A stretch of 64,000 nt of DNA from Halichondria panicea. Taxonomy: Eukaryota. Position numbers and translations under genes: made by a program. Below, piece by piece: positions 12,129 to 25,559 of this stretch (position 1 is the stretch's first letter; every line of letters begins with the position of its first letter). The DNA lies in assembly GCF_963675165.1 (NCBI RefSeq), contig NC_087378.1:334562-398561 (forward strand), written 5' to 3'. The notes under the pieces were generated by a model, which ran no database searches, was not told where the DNA came from, and saw only the letters and a program-made list of their open reading frames with translations.

Positions 12129-14972
12129 TCACCTGTCTGTCTTGGGTGAGGTACGTCGTACGAAGGGAGAGTGTTCCCCTAGCAACGAGTCATCACTGTC
12201 CTCGGAGGAAAACAGCACTTGTTTGGGTTCTTCCTCCTCCAACAGTTTTGTAGCGGCAGCAGTCTTTGACATCCTGGGAGGGGAGGGGGGTTACTAATAT
12301 CTGTACTAATCAGTCTGCTTGTGTACCTGATGGAGGTGACTCTTGTGGGGGGTGCTGAAGGTGGGAGGGGCTCCAAGCTGGGGGGTGGGGTTAGGGACTG
12401 CACACACAATCACTGCACTCACTTTTCACTCTCTGATTCTTCGCTAGAGCTCTCCTCGACCTTTACGACCTTCTTCCGTTTTCCTGCTCCACCTTTTTTT
12501 AATGTGGTTTTGGCCTTAGTAGCCGGGGGAGGTGGTCTCTTCTTAACTGTTGTCTTAGCTGCAGGGACAAGTGTGATTGTGGAACTGAGACAATGGTCTC
12601 ATACCTCGAGGCTTTGGGACACGTCTGGTACCCTTGAGAGGAAGGGGTGTGGTCAGCATGTTCCCAGGAGTCTCATCAACCACTCTGTCTACAGGAGGGG
12701 TAATGGATACACTACAGTTGATATCCCATCACACACACACACCTTCCTCCGTCTCCTTGACTGGACTTAGGTCTGGTGGAGTGACTGCATGACAGATATT
12801 TAGTGTATGGAAGATATTAGGAGACTCCATTATCAGCTTGGGGTTTGAGAATTTGAGCATGCGCAGTATTAGTTACCTTGATGAGAAGGGTAACTCTTGA
12901 TCAGACATTCTCTGAGCTTGTCGATGTACTTTAGGGAAATCTTGTCAGTCACCTCTCTCGTCATCTGCTCACACAGCTCCAGGAGACCCCCTGCATTGCT
13001 CTGTGGGGGTGTGGGTTGTGAGGGTGTGATGGTGTGATGGTGTGCTCCTACCTGATTGGCCGGAGTGAAGGTCATCTGACTGAGTGAGCGTGTGTAGACC
13101 CTCACGTCAGTTGAGGTGGGGTCAGACAGTACAGCATTGGCCACTGCATACGCTAGGTTGCCATGGACACTCTCCTCCTGAAGAGGAAGGGGGGGGGGGT
13201 AATCAATATACATGTAATAAGCAGCAGACAGTATTGCTAACATGTATAGGACAACATGTAGACAATGTATTAGATGTGTTTGTTGCATGCTCTGCATTAA
13301 AATGTTTAAAGAAAAAAGAAAAAAGACAACATGACTACATTTACCACACTCACGTTAGGCTGTGTCGGTTGTGTGAGGTGCATAATAAAGTCAGCCATGT
13401 TGGCTGCGTCTATCTCATAGAGAGGGGAAGTGGGTGGAGCCTCGAGGACGCTGGACAGCACAGGCAGGTACACCTCACCCACACACTCTCTGCAACTCCT
13501 GAGCACATAAGCATAATTATGTCTCAAATGTCTACTATAATTTTCAAGCAATAATGTGAAAAATTGCCAGACCTGTCGGAGGCAGCAAAGATTGGGAAGA
13601 AAGCTCCGAGGGCTGCCCTCAATCTCCCCTCATCTTGTAGCACGGGATTGTACCAGAGCACGAGTAGTTTGGCCAACAACTTCTGACTGAGAACACGCCT
13701 ACTCAGCAATAACTTGGCAATACCCTCTGCAGCCACTTGTGACAGGAGGGAACTCTGCGATCACACGCAGTTATCACATGACATATCACATGACCTCCTT
13801 ACCTCTCCTTCAAGGAAGCTAACCATGATGTTGAGTAGTCGCTTCATAGTGTCACTGGCTTTATCACCACCATCTTCACTCTCCACACTCTCCACACTAG
13901 CCTCACTAGCCTCACTAACCTCACACAAGTCACCATCCACACTAGAGTCTTTGGTCTCGTCTGCTTTCTCATTGGACTCCCCGCTGGCTACAATGTTGAA
14001 AGCCTCGAAGCCATACACATGAAGGAGATCAAACACAATCTTGAGAGCCGTGGCCTGAACACTTTCGTGGTCCACTTGACTGACCTATGTGGGGGGTAAT
14101 GAATGTGTGGGAGGTAATAACGAAGGTAGGGGTAGCACACACACTAAAATGCATGGAAACAAGTAAGCAGTGAGGAGTAAAATGTATGATTGTCAATCCT
14201 TCACAACGTTGTGGACACTGTATCAATTATGATGACATATTGAACCAAAAAACCAAAATTTAAGTTATATAAAAGGGCAAGTTGGATCGTCGTCCGGTTT
14301 CCGTGAAACTTAAAACCACTAAGCCACACCTATTCTTCACCAACCTGTGTATTATCAGGAACCCATAAATAAGATTTAACTAAAGTCTATTTGTGTTGAG
14401 TTCGGCTCCGGAAGTTTTGTGGTCAATTATGGTTTCATTTATGCTTTATGTGGGGGTGGGGTCATGATGTGATAGTCACATGACATGGTGTACCTGCACG
14501 AAGAGGAGGAGGTGGTCTCGTGCGGTACTAACGTCCAATAGGGAGAGGAGGCCGAGACAAAAGAGTGCCATGTCTCGCACATAGGGGGCCACATTCTGTA
14601 CACACGGGATCAACTGGAGGCGACAAAGAGAGAAGACAATCACTCAATGGAGGCAACAAAGAATCACTCAATGTCTATGATACTGGTGATCATTACCAGA
14701 GTGTCCTTGAGCATTCTGAGTGTGGGAATGAGGTGTTGTGGGCGTAACACACGCAGCAGCTCACAGGAGATGGTCAGACACCTGTGGTGAGGGGTTTTAT
14801 TAGAGGGCGGCCACTATACAAGGCTCACCTCAGCAGTGTCTCTGTGTCCTCTTGTGGTTCTGACTGGCTGGCGGGTTGTGAGAGGAGAGTGGTGGTCAGG
14901 TTGAGGGTGGGGTCTACTAGGGTCGTATTGAACGAGGCCCTCAGATCAGCTATCACCTCAATCAGCACCTCC

Positions 14973-15045
<73 letters not shown>

Positions 15046-15475
15046 GTATATTCCTCGATTAAACGCCGCGATTTCAATGGGGATTGTATAGGCCTCGAAT
15101 AATTGTGTGATATAAACTTATGCGATATGGTGGGCACTCGTATTAATAGCATTAGTTTGTATCACACAAAAATTTCTAGCACTAGGGTACTCTTGGTTAG
15201 TACAGATTCACAAGCGCTGACCTGTGCGACTCCTGAGGCCATATCTTGGTCTGCTGACTCAGCAGATGTGGGATGAGAGCAGTGGGGAAGGAAGGTGTGG
15301 ATAGGAAGTGAGATACCAGGTTGGCAAGACAACGTCTGAGGAGGAGGGGGGTAATACATTATCAGTAGAACACACACACACAAGCTAGTGACACTGGTTA
15401 CACACACAAGCTAGTGACACTGGTTACACAAACACATATCATGATGATACATCAGACACGGACATGCACACCACA

Positions 15476-15568
<93 letters not shown>

Positions 15569-15594
15569 ACACCACACATGCACACCACACACAC

Positions 15595-15671
<77 letters not shown>

Positions 15672-16263
15672 ACACACACACACACCACACACACACCACA
15701 CACACCACACACACACACACACGGACAGTTGTAGTAGCTGACCTTCCAACCTCATCCGTGGGGTCAAGCACGGTGAGCATGGAGCACAGCTGTTGAGCCA
15801 CAAACTGACTCTTGAGAGACGCGTCCGTCTCTTCCTGCACCGTCAGCACTTCCTCCACATACCTGCAGGGAGGACAGGTGAGGTATACATAACTGTACAT
15901 ATGAAAATAATAGGGGAAATAGATAATGCTAAATTTGGGCAGCAATAACGGAAAAGGAGATAATAATACAATAATAATAATCGTGAGCCACATTACTCTA
16001 GGCTTTCAGAGACTGATGGGCCATATCATTATCATCATCATACAGCCATGGCTGTTCAATGATGCTACCGTTGCTATACAGCCATGGCTGTTCAATGATG
16101 CTACCGTTGCTATACAGCCAATGACTGTTCAATGATGCTACCGTTGCTATACTATACAGCCAATGGCTGTTCAATGATGCTACCGTTGCTATACAGCCAA
16201 TGGCTGTTCAATGATGCTACCGTTGGTATAAGACCACACTCCACTGAGCACCACACACACACA

Positions 16264-16322
<59 letters not shown>

Positions 16323-18591
16323 CTCTGTAAGTACTCACAAAACTCTGAGGCTGTGGGTAGGATGTCGTCAAGCTCCGCCCCTTTCTCCGAGAGGTAGAGG
16401 CAGAGCTGAGACCAGTAGAACACCTCCTCACAACCAAGCTCCTCATAACGCATCACCTTGAGTACAGGTTTCACCTCACCAGGAGGAGGCACAGGCAACT
16501 GGGGGACAGGAATCATTATCATCAAAATCATTTTTTCGGACTCCCATTTTTAGATGTACATGTATTCTATAGCTCAAAAAGAAGTCTATCACATGACATG
16601 TTTTGATCAGACATCTGGGACTGATCAAAATCTAAAGCTAATGGGGATTTGAGCAACTATCTTCAACTGGGCATAATTTTAGTTTGGATCGCTCATTTTA
16701 AAAACTAACAGCAAGTAACCAGCTCCTAGTGCAGCCAGTGCAATGTAAGGACACTAAATTAATACTCTCACTAGTACTCACTGTGATGGAGAGGCTGGGG
16801 GTGTGGTCACTGGGGGTGTGGTCATCATCCCAGTCCTCTGGTCTCTCGTGGGAGGCGGCCAGTCGTGCTGCCATGCTCGTTATCAGCTCATGGGTTGTGA
16901 AATTGTCAAACAGTTTCCGTAGTGCAAGACCAGCAACCTGAAGAGAGGGGGTGTGGCAAGTCATGAGACTCTGCATTGCAATTATGTTAGTTCATTCAAT
17001 ATTCTATTACTAATCGGCAGTCTTAGGTATATGCAAAGGTGAGCTCCACCCGGCCTCGAGGTATACACACAGCATCTCCATAGAGCAGCCATATAATCCC
17101 TTGAGCCCTCACCTCTGAAGAGCTCTCAACATCCAGTCTGGACAGGAGTGAAATGAAGTCTCCATCGTTAGTCTCCAAGCTCCACTTCCGTAGAAGACCA
17201 TTCACACACGCCTCCTGGACCAGTTCGCTGTCGTCATGGAGACCATCACTGAGCAACTATACACACACAGTCACGACAGGTACAGATATTGTAACCATGG
17301 CAGCACACACCTGGATCCTCTGCTGTATTCTGAAGTGCCTGATACTACATTTCTCGGCCAGACAAAGAAAAGCGTCTCTTCTAATGACCTCCTTGACATC
17401 TCGTGTCCTCTCAATGAAGGCTGGCAATGATCGATCATCAACCTCTATCTTGTTGAGTACACAGCGACGGACCTCAGGGCTTGAGTCAGTTGCCAGTAGT
17501 GACAGGAGGAGGGGGATAACGGGACAGTCAGGGTGTGGTACTTGAAGCCATTGCAGTGCTGACACTGCCTGTACCCTCACAGCTGGAACCTGCACACAGA
17601 GGGGGTTACGGTATGGCCTAGTGTATACTGTATAGCGGGTAATTTTGTTGGTGCAAATTTTTGTATGAACTACCCATTTAGTATTTTAAATATTAGTACA
17701 GCTCAGGATAAGTGACGTTGAATCTATTGCGGTAGAATAATTTCGTAGTTTTAATTTTCGTATGAGCATGAAATATACGAACATTTCCACCGCACGAAAA
17801 TAACCCGCTATATGGTATTCTGAACTGACTAAGTGGTACATAAGTTAATGCATTTTTGAAATTGGCCAATCCCAGCTCAAGTTATGGCCCCTCCCTCATT
17901 GGATGATAAACACACCAACCTTATCGAGGCACCGGTCCAACATGACTTGTGTGATCTTCTCAAGTCGTAGTCCGCCCACAATACAGCTAGTCTCATGAGC
18001 CAGGAAGAGGAGTCTGGACACCAGCTGGCACACACGGAACCTGCAGTGGGGGCAGTGAGTGGGTGTGATTGCTATGACTACCCACCCCCTCACCTGACAC
18101 CCTTCCCCTGAGCCTCATGCAGTGAGAGCAGCTGGTCCAGCAGCAGAGAGAAGAATGACATCTCAGGTTCCCCCTCACTGTCACTGTCACTCTCCTCCTC
18201 ATGGTCTAGGATACATGGGGAAGAAATAATTATGTTGATCTAAGGAACATTTTTTCAATTTGTGTGGGGTGTGCGCGCGCGCGTGTACGTGTGTGGGTGT
18301 GTGTGGGTGTACGTGTGCGGGTGTGTGTGGGTGTTTACCTGACTCTTGCTGTGCAGTAGAGATGGCAAACTTGGCAGTGAGCTCTATGACTCTTTGAGCG
18401 GCAGCCTCACGTTTAAATACCACCAAAGCATTACTGAAGGGTTTGAAATAGGCCTCAAAGAAACCCTCCAAATCATCCGTGTGCTTGTCGTGAAGGCCTC
18501 TCAGGGTCTTGAGCAGTCTCTGATGACTGTGTACGTTGCTCTGTGACTCTTTCAGCACTGCCACAATCTCCTCAGACAGACTAGGCGGCAT
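12129..18591 (-). CDS. NCAPG: Condensin complex subunit 3 (NCAPG/CAP-G, HEAT-repeat) orthologue; multi-exon gene span
   Basis: The N-terminal exon MPPSLSEEIVAVLKESQSNVHSHQRLLKTLRGLHDKHTDDLEGFFEAYFKPFSNALVVFKREAAAQRVIELTAKFA aligns to human NCAPG LLSIKEAFRLAQQPHQNQAKLVVALSRTYR...VMVVYKREPAVERVIEFAAKF. FRVCQLVSRLLFLAHE matches RFRVCQLINKLLG. VPAVRVQAVSALQWLQ...SPEVRRCVLNKI...RTRDVKEVIRRDAFLCLAEK matches VRIQAVLALSRLQD...NPEVRRAVLSCI...RTKDVKEAVRKLAYQVLAEK. LLSRLDVESSSEV matches LLHRLDVENSSEV. LLVLWYNPVLQDEGRLRAALGAFFPIFA matches LILLWYNPVTEEDVQLRHCLGVFFPVFA. The C-terminal exon ends ...SSEDSDDSLLGEHSPFVRRTSPKTDR* with a TGA stop at 12129. Confidence 0.85.
14228..14345 (-). mobile_element. Fragment of a tRNA-derived SINE (same family as 41805-42060, opposite orientation)
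   Basis: CAAGTTGGATCGTCGTCCGGTTTCCGTGAAACTTAAAACCACTAAGCCACAC is the reverse complement of the GTGTGGCTTAGTGGTT(box-A-like)...GTGAAAC...GGCGACGACCCAACTT module seen at 41815-42055. It lies within an NCAPG intron. Confidence 0.5.
14977..15042. repeat. (GT)33 microsatellite
   Basis: Perfect dinucleotide run. Confidence 0.97.
15470..15722. repeat. Long compound (CA)n microsatellite, ~250 bp with CCACA interruptions, in an NCAPG intron
   Basis: Directly visible. It gives artefactual HTHT and CVCV ORFs on both strands. Confidence 0.97.
16044..16215. repeat. Tandem repeat, ~45-bp unit CAGCCATGGCTGTTCAATGATGCTACCGTTGCTATA x4, followed by (CA)n at 16251-16318
   Basis: Directly visible. Confidence 0.9.
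17625..17815. mobile_element. MITE-like element (~190 bp) with terminal inverted repeat TATAGCGGGTWATTTT, in an NCAPG intron
   Basis: Left CTGTATAGCGGGTAATTTTG (17628-17647) and right GAAAATAACCCGCTATATGG (17794-17813) are inverted. The interior is AT-rich. The same termini occur at 30781-30988, and a solo terminus occurs at 29858-29880. Confidence 0.55.
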
Positions 18592-19160
18592 GATTATTTA
18601 AAATTTATTATGGGTTTGGTTAGGATCGTTACAGTAAAATTTTAAATGTCACCTTAAATGTCACAATGATAATGGCTAATTTCAATGAAAGTGAAAGTGA
18701 AACAACTATAATAATAATAACAGGATAGGGCACAACAAAATTAAAATGTAATGTTTCAAGTGTCATGTGTGTCAGTTCCGTTCACTCCATTAATCACAAC
18801 AGATTCGTCTTTTTCCAAGTGCTTTTCAGAAGTAACAAGGCCATTAGTCGACAGAACTATCTGCGGGACTGTGTCATTGTGGGGGGTATCATCACGAGGG
18901 GGTGGAGGTGGGGGGTTTCTAGGTGGGGGATCATCAGAAGGTTCACTAGGATGTTCACTGGGGGGGCCTGTAGTGCTGCAATGAGAAATTGAATGGTCAA
19001 TCATCAAATTAAAAGCAACATTTGTCCTACCTTGATGCTGAGGCTTTAGTTGCTTCAGGAACTGGTTTATTATCGCCTGGGCTGCTGTCTGCTGGTTTGG
19101 CACCACCTGCAACATATATAGTCCACATCTCACAAGCACATATATATGTACCGTAGTTGA

Positions 19161-19288
19161 TGTAATTACAGCGACAGTCTAATTAAACGAAATTCGAAAT
19201 TGTTGGTCATATACCACCATATAAATTCATTTGTTTTATGTACATAGTCTCGCAAAAATAATTATTTTTTGCTGGCGCTGTAATTACA
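19161..19288. mobile_element. Small MITE-like element (128 bp) with 13-bp TIR TGTAATTACAGCG / CGCTGTAATTACA
   Basis: Perfect inverted termini at 19161-19173 and 19276-19288, with an AT-rich interior. It lies in the 3' region or last intron of the Shootin-like gene. Confidence 0.45.
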
Positions 19289-19550
19289 TTAACTATGGTA
19301 TGCATGTATATACCTTGTTGCTATGCATGTATGTACCTTGTTGCTATGCATGTATGTACCTTGTTGCATTCTCCTTCGTTTGAGCTTAGCAAAGAGTTCA
19401 TTTGAGACGGCATTGCCTTGCCCTTGCTTGTCCTTCTTGGGAACTTCAATGGGAGCTCGCTTCTTACCACCTCTCGAAGACTGTGTGAATAATGGACAGC
19501 ATTGTGTAAACAAAGAGCTACTACTCAAGTGTGTGTGTGTGTGTGTGTGG

Positions 19551-19581
<31 letters not shown>

Positions 19582-22500
19582 TGTGTGTGGGTGTGTGTGT
19601 GTGTGTGTGTGTTGTTCACTAACCAACAGCTTTGCCATCTCAGCCATCACGTTGCCAGGCTTTTTGGTGGCTTTGGGAGATGCACTATCATCCACTTTCT
19701 TTAGGTGCACGTTCCCTGAGCGAATACGAGATAACATGTCGGCCAATGGATCTGTCTTCTCCGCTTTTTCTTCAGCCGACACCGGCTTCAGTCTGTGAGG
19801 GTGTGAGGCTGTGATAGTGTGAGGGAAGTGAGAGTGTGACTCACGTGACACTGGTGATGGAGGCTAGTCCAGAGAGAGGACGGGCACCAGCTGGCAAACT
19901 GGACATTGAACCTCCTGAGATCGACGACACACACATTAGTCATAGCGATACAAAAAAACATATACAGTACTTCAAAATTTTGCTTGGTTAAGATTGCACA
20001 AACATTTTTTGAATTACAATTTTTTATACGAACATGCAGTGTACCTGGTGGAGGAGGGGGTGGAGGAGGCGGTGGTGGTGGTGCCCCTGGTGGAGGGGGT
20101 GGTGGGGGTAGTCCACCACCTGGTACGGGCGGGGGAGGTGGTGGAGGGGGTGGGACAGGACCATCAGCACCGTCCACCGAGGGAGCAAAGATGGGCGGGG
20201 CTGACTTCAACTCCTCTATCTTACTCTCCAGCTCAACCACTGCAGCGACACACACAGTGACGCATATGCAATGACATCATAGACGTGATATACACACCTT
20301 TATCTTCAGCTGAAGTAGCTCTCCCTTGCAAACTGTCCATCTCTGCACTCAACATGGCCAGCTTCTCCTCAAGACCTAATTATTATAAAAAAAACAAAAA
20401 CAGATAAAGACACAAAAGTACAAAAAATCAGTAAAAACCACTCACACAAGCTAGTATCAATTGTAGACAAACTACGCAAATGCCCAGACCCACACCCTCC
20501 CCCACACCTTTCTTCTCCTCTGCCAGAGTGTCCTCCTGCAGTGTGTGTATAGTCTCCTCTAAGGCTGTCACTCGCACAGCCTTCTCTTCCCTCTCATTGC
20601 TCAGCTCACGTTGCAGCTCCTCCACCTGACTTAGAGCACTAGCCAGCTGTTCATTGCAGGGAACCTGTTCCATCAAGATAGCACTCTGTCGACGCAATGC
20701 AGTCAGTGTGCTGCGGATCTGGGGAGAGGATCACTAGACTAACATGGTGATTAATACCCAGTGGTGGTAGCTCTAACTGTTCAAATGAAAGAATTGCATG
20801 AGGTTTTTCAGTACATCTTTAGTATGAGCTATAAGCAGAGTGGCTAAACACTGCATGTATGTGGCTATTGGAAAACCATACAATAGAGGCCATCCAAGCA
20901 CATGCTACTGTAACAGCAGGTGATGAGTACCTCACTGGCTTCTCTCTCGGCAGTCATTCTGAGTCCCTTCTCTTCCTCCAGACTACCAGTCACTGCCTTC
21001 ATCTCATCAGTCAGCAACTCAGACACTGCAGGCACGAGTGGAGGGTGATAATGATGTCATAATACATACACCCACACACAATGCTGATTGATGATAACAA
21101 CACAGCACATGTTATATCCATGCATAAAGTGCTGCTTCACTTTTTCTCATTCGGTCGTACTCCTCAGGATTGATGAACTCTTCCTTTTCATTTAGTGCCT
21201 CCTCTAGTGAGTTAAGCTACAGAAAACAACAATTATTTGTATCACCTTGTATGCAATGCAATACACAGATTTTGTTGATTTGAAAACTTAACTTAACAAA
21301 ACTTTAAAGTACAAAACAATGGTACCTTCTCTGACAGCATGGAGTGTTTCCTCTGATTCTCCTGTAGCTGAGCCTCCTTGCTCTGTAGTGCTTGTTCCTT
21401 TGCCTCCAACTCTGCACTGCCCTCCTCTACCGCATTGTTGAGGGACTCCAGGGTCACCTTAAAATCTGCAGGGGTAGTCAGAGTGAACACAGAGTGAACA
21501 CAGGGGGGTAGCTGTAGCACAGGGGGTAGCTATAACACAGGGGGGTAGCTATAACACAGGGGGGTAACTGAAGCACAAGGGGTAGCTATAGCCAGGGGGA
21601 GTCAGAGGGGGTAAGGATTCAAGTTATAACTAGTGTTCCTGCTTGCTGGTATGTGAATCTTACTATATATACAGCCCTAGTTGAATCAGAGAGGAACTAA
21701 GAGTACATTAAACCTTTTAGGGAAGTAAACAACCGATTCCTTGTGTCAACAACACAACTAACTCACTTTTGTTCTCCTCTACAAGCATACTGTTCTCAAG
21801 ATTCAGTTTCTCCATTTGCTGAAATGAGACAATGAATACTTCATAACATACACAGGTGGTTTATTGTTTATGCACACACTGACAGAGTATGCTGCAAATG
21901 TTGCTAGTGAACATACTCACAGCTCTGAGCTCAGGGTTGGCCTTTCTCTCCAACCGCTTCATGCTCACAGAGGCTCTCTTCAATACTTTGTTCTCGTGGG
22001 AAAACTGCACGAGTTACACACACACTGACAGTAATACAGCAATGCATCTCTCTACCACTATCAGGTACATAGCAATACCGTATCTACCGGCATCTAGCTT
22101 ACCTGGGTGGCAATGTTCTCAGCCTTGTTCCTGAGTGTGCTCTCCATCTCCAGCTGCTCTGACAGGCGACCGTACTGATCAAATGCCAGCACAGAAGCTG
22201 CAGAACAAACATCAATCCTCAGTATGTGTACTGTACAGTGTGTGTACTGTACAGTGTATATACTCGACAGGGGTGAGGTTGTGTCATCATTACCATATGT
22301 CAGTGGTTTATTATCATGAGCCAGACACAATAAGAGAGTGTAACAAGGGAAACTGAGGCCCTAAACAAATACTCTAATAAGGTAGCTACAGAACTGAGCC
22401 AGGATTCAATGAAAGAGGTGGAAACCAGTGTGGCCACAACAAAGCCAACAAAACCCCGGGTGTCAAGTAGTTGTTGAATAGTTGAGTGCTGTGCACTTTG

Positions 22501-23256
22501 AAAGTTATTCAACGGAGATTAAAATCCACAAGTTGTTATTATTTAAAGTTGATCAAACAAGTGAATAAAATCACAAAGGACATGGGACTAGCTTGCAATA
22601 ATACCCACGCACTATCTAATCGGACATAAGGCTATTAAACACAGTACACGTACCACACACACACACACGAGCCACTCACTTGTCTTGAGGTTGTCCAGCT
22701 CATCCTCTGCCTCATTTCGTGTCTGCCTCTCCTCTTCCAGCTGTTGCCTAGTACGATGGTGCTGTACAATAGAGGGGGGGGGGGGGTGAGGGGGGGGGTG
22801 AGGGACGGTCTTATAATTATAGAGCTACTTACATTTTCACATTCTTGAGCAAACTGGCGCTTCAGCTCATCAAACTCCTTTATTGCTGCAATGAAAATAA
22901 AGATTGCATAAAAACAATCACAGTTAAAACTAGCCAGCCCTTGTATTATATTCTCTAGTAGCCCTACAAGATTTCTTGTAGAGTTTATGTTTAGAGCACT
23001 ACAGCAGCAGCAGCATGCAGTGTATGCAATACATTGGTGTCTGCAACTGCTCACCTTTTCTACTGAGGTCTTTGAGGGTCTGATAGTTTCTATCCACTGT
23101 CATATACTTGAGCTTGAGCTGATCATAGGACGGTCCAGTGAGTGATGTACTGCTGCCCGGCGGTGGCTTGGGAGGAAGCCTCCGTGGAGAGAGGGAGGGC
23201 TGGTTGTTGCTCATGTCTCTGCTGCCTCTGTGGATATGTCTATTAGCTTTATGCAC
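19289..23256 (-). CDS. SHTN1: Shootin-1-like protein: N-terminal long coiled coil, poly-proline tract, then a KKGVHLRPV-like actin-binding motif; multi-exon gene span
   Basis: Exons translate to heptad-rich coiled coil (AIKEFDELKRQFAQECEN, QHHRTRQQLEEERQTRNEAEDE, LRRQSAILMEQVPCNEQLASALSQVEELQRELSNEREEK...). Then VVELESKIEELKSAPP...PPPPPPPPPPPVPGGGLPPPPPPPGAPPPPPPPPPPPPG. Then EKAEKTDPLADMLSRIRSGNVHLKKVDD, which aligns to the human shootin-1 C-terminal block AVEEMMDRIKKGVHLRPV (poly-Pro, then KKGVHL). The tail ...NELFAKLKRRRMQQ matches ELERILRRRKV. The start MSNNQPSL... is at 23256. The identity rests on the conserved C-terminal block, not the coiled coil. Confidence 0.45.
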
Positions 23257-24029
23257 GCTTCAGTATGCTATAATTATAAAACAAGCATGCATGCACAAGC
23301 TAGCCTAGTAGCTTCAAGGTCAAAAGGCAGTGCAGTGTGGGCGTGTGCTGAGCCTGCGACACACCCACGCACAAGAAATTGTGACGTCATCATTATATTG
23401 GTTCATTAACTTCCACGCATGCACAAACCAGCCATGCCCCTTTCCTGCACCCTACATTATCAGTGCAATCATTAATTTTACATGTACACAACAATCAGAT
23501 ATTACCACCTATAACCTGTAATAAGACCACCTTCCTAACACCTAACACAACTGATCCTCAATTTGTGTAAGCTGCTTCCCCAGGGGGTGCAGGATTAGCA
23601 AGTACACACAGTAGTTAGCACGTAACAAGTCAATTCATAGCAATAAATTATTGTGAGTTTTATACTGTAGAGCAGTCAATATAAAAAGACAGATAAAGAA
23701 GTGATGACTATAGTAATTCTGTAAGCTGATCTCTACAAAAAACAGTGATTCTGTAGTACACAGATAAGTGATGCACATGTATATCAAATACATTCTAATA
23801 CAAAATATGTTAAGTGATAATAAATGTTGGCAATATTTGAATGTGACTGAATGAGACTCCCACTGGGGGAGGTAAGAGATTAAGGTCGCAGTTATAGGGG
23901 TGGGGGTTAGGGAGGAGGCATCAATACAAATACTATATAGACAAGAACAGAGTTAAAAAATAACCTGTGATTTTTGTGCCTGAACCATTCTGAAGTTCTC
24001 TACTTGTGCTGTTTCAATTGATATAAATT

Positions 24030-24924
24030 TTACTTCTTGCGTGTGACAGTCACAATTGGCCTCTTTACATTGTAGTTCTTGCCACTCTCCTTGTTCTCAG
24101 GGCAGTACTTAATCGTGTGGGATTTGTCTCCATTAGCACCACACAGGGGACAAGTGTAGGCTCGCAGCACAGGGCATGTCACTTTGCCCTCAGAGTCTTT
24201 CAGGTAGTGGGAGGTGTAGAAGCTCTCAGACTCGCCATTGTTGCGACAAAACACACATACCTGAAGAAACAACAAAAGGGGTGAGGTGGTGAAGCCATGG
24301 AATCAAAGAGGTGATTATAAGCAGATAGATATCAGTCACCAATCTACAGCATGCGTACAACATAGTAAACATGCACACAGCCATAAATTAAATACAGCTA
24401 GCTAGGTAAGCGATGAGAGGAGTACAAATAAGAAACGATTAACACTGACATACCTGTGGCTTTTTTAGATGAGCTGCAATATTGATAGTGTGTAACTTGG
24501 TATGGCTCAGGAACAGAGAGGGCGGTATGTTGGTCTTAGGTGCACCCATTTCAAAGGGACCTCCCAAAGGGCTCAGCGGTTCCATGTCCATCTCAGAGAA
24601 GGCTTGTGTAGCTCGCACGTCATGGTTGTAGTTGAAGCAAATATCGGCCACTTCCACAGACTCTAGACTGTTGGATGAAAACTCTGAACTGGAGCTGTCC
24701 AAACTGTCTCGTCTGCAGGCATAGCTCTCCTGCTCCTCACTCTCCTCGAACTCTGTGCACTCGTCCAGAGGTGCATTCTCTGCAGCTATGCTCTTGACAA
24801 TGGTGTGGAGACCAAAGTAATCACGGAAAATGTTGAACTCAGTGTAGTTAGTCTCTGAGGTGGTTGCCAACTCCTCCGGCTGCTGTATGCTATCTTGAAC
24901 GTGTAGGGAATCTATCATGGCCAT
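24030..24924 (-). CDS. nanos: Nanos homologue (CCHC x2 zinc-finger RNA-binding translational repressor); 2 coding exons (24454-24924 and 24030-24260)
   Basis: Exon 2 encodes [54 protein letters not shown], the diagnostic Nanos zinc-finger signature (CxxC...H...C and CxxC...H...C). Exon 1 is S/E-rich with the start [10 protein letters not shown].... The intron runs 24261-24453, with donor GTATGT after ...HLKKPQ, acceptor CTTCAG, and phase 0. Confidence 0.85.
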
Positions 24925-25559
24925 TGTAGAGATATTTCAGCGGAGTAAAACAACTTGAAAAACACTGAATTGAAGGTGGCTCACAAAAAAACATTGGTTT
25001 TATGAAAAAGGGGGCGTAGCACAGATTTCTGTTGCCATGCAGCTTTTGGCATGCGCAGAACATGGCGCTTTTCACACACTAGTTCAATGTGGTGTTATTG
25101 TTTTTATTGTGTAAATCAACATTAATTTTTTGCAATGCACAACAATTAAAACAATACCGGTAAGTGATGACAAGCCTTTAACTAACTGTGACACAAAGGA
25201 TAAAATGGCAAATGATCTGAAGTTTTTGTTGATTGACAACTACTCGTATACAGTGTCCACACCTGGAGGCATGCTTGTGAACACAAGAGCTCCTGCTGGG
25301 TCGTGCAACTTTTTTGAGACGAGCTCTTCTCTGATTCTAAGCAACCGAGAGAGCAGTCCACAGCTAGTCAGTCCATTAGGACCACCCATCCTTAGGAACC
25401 GACACATCATAGCAACTGCCTACAGAAAAAATAAAAGAAAAAAAATCAGCAGTAAATAGGTACTGTGTACTTAATCCCTGCAAGCACACGACTTGCTGAT
25501 CAACTGACAGAGGAGTATGTGCTGATGGTAGGACACAGACAGACTATGAATATCTCCTT

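Noticed and set aside
12321-12770. 149-aa plus-strand ORF (MYLMEVTLVGGAEGG...)
   Set aside because: It is antisense to the well-supported C-terminal exons of NCAPG (K-rich tail and ...SPKTDR* exon) and Gly-rich by chance.
15414-15803. ORFs encoding HTHTHT... / CVCVCV... polypeptides (also at 14958-15152, 16189-16446, 19502-19851, 34952-35192, 38086-38355)
   Set aside because: These are translations of (CA)n/(GT)n microsatellites. They have no coding potential.
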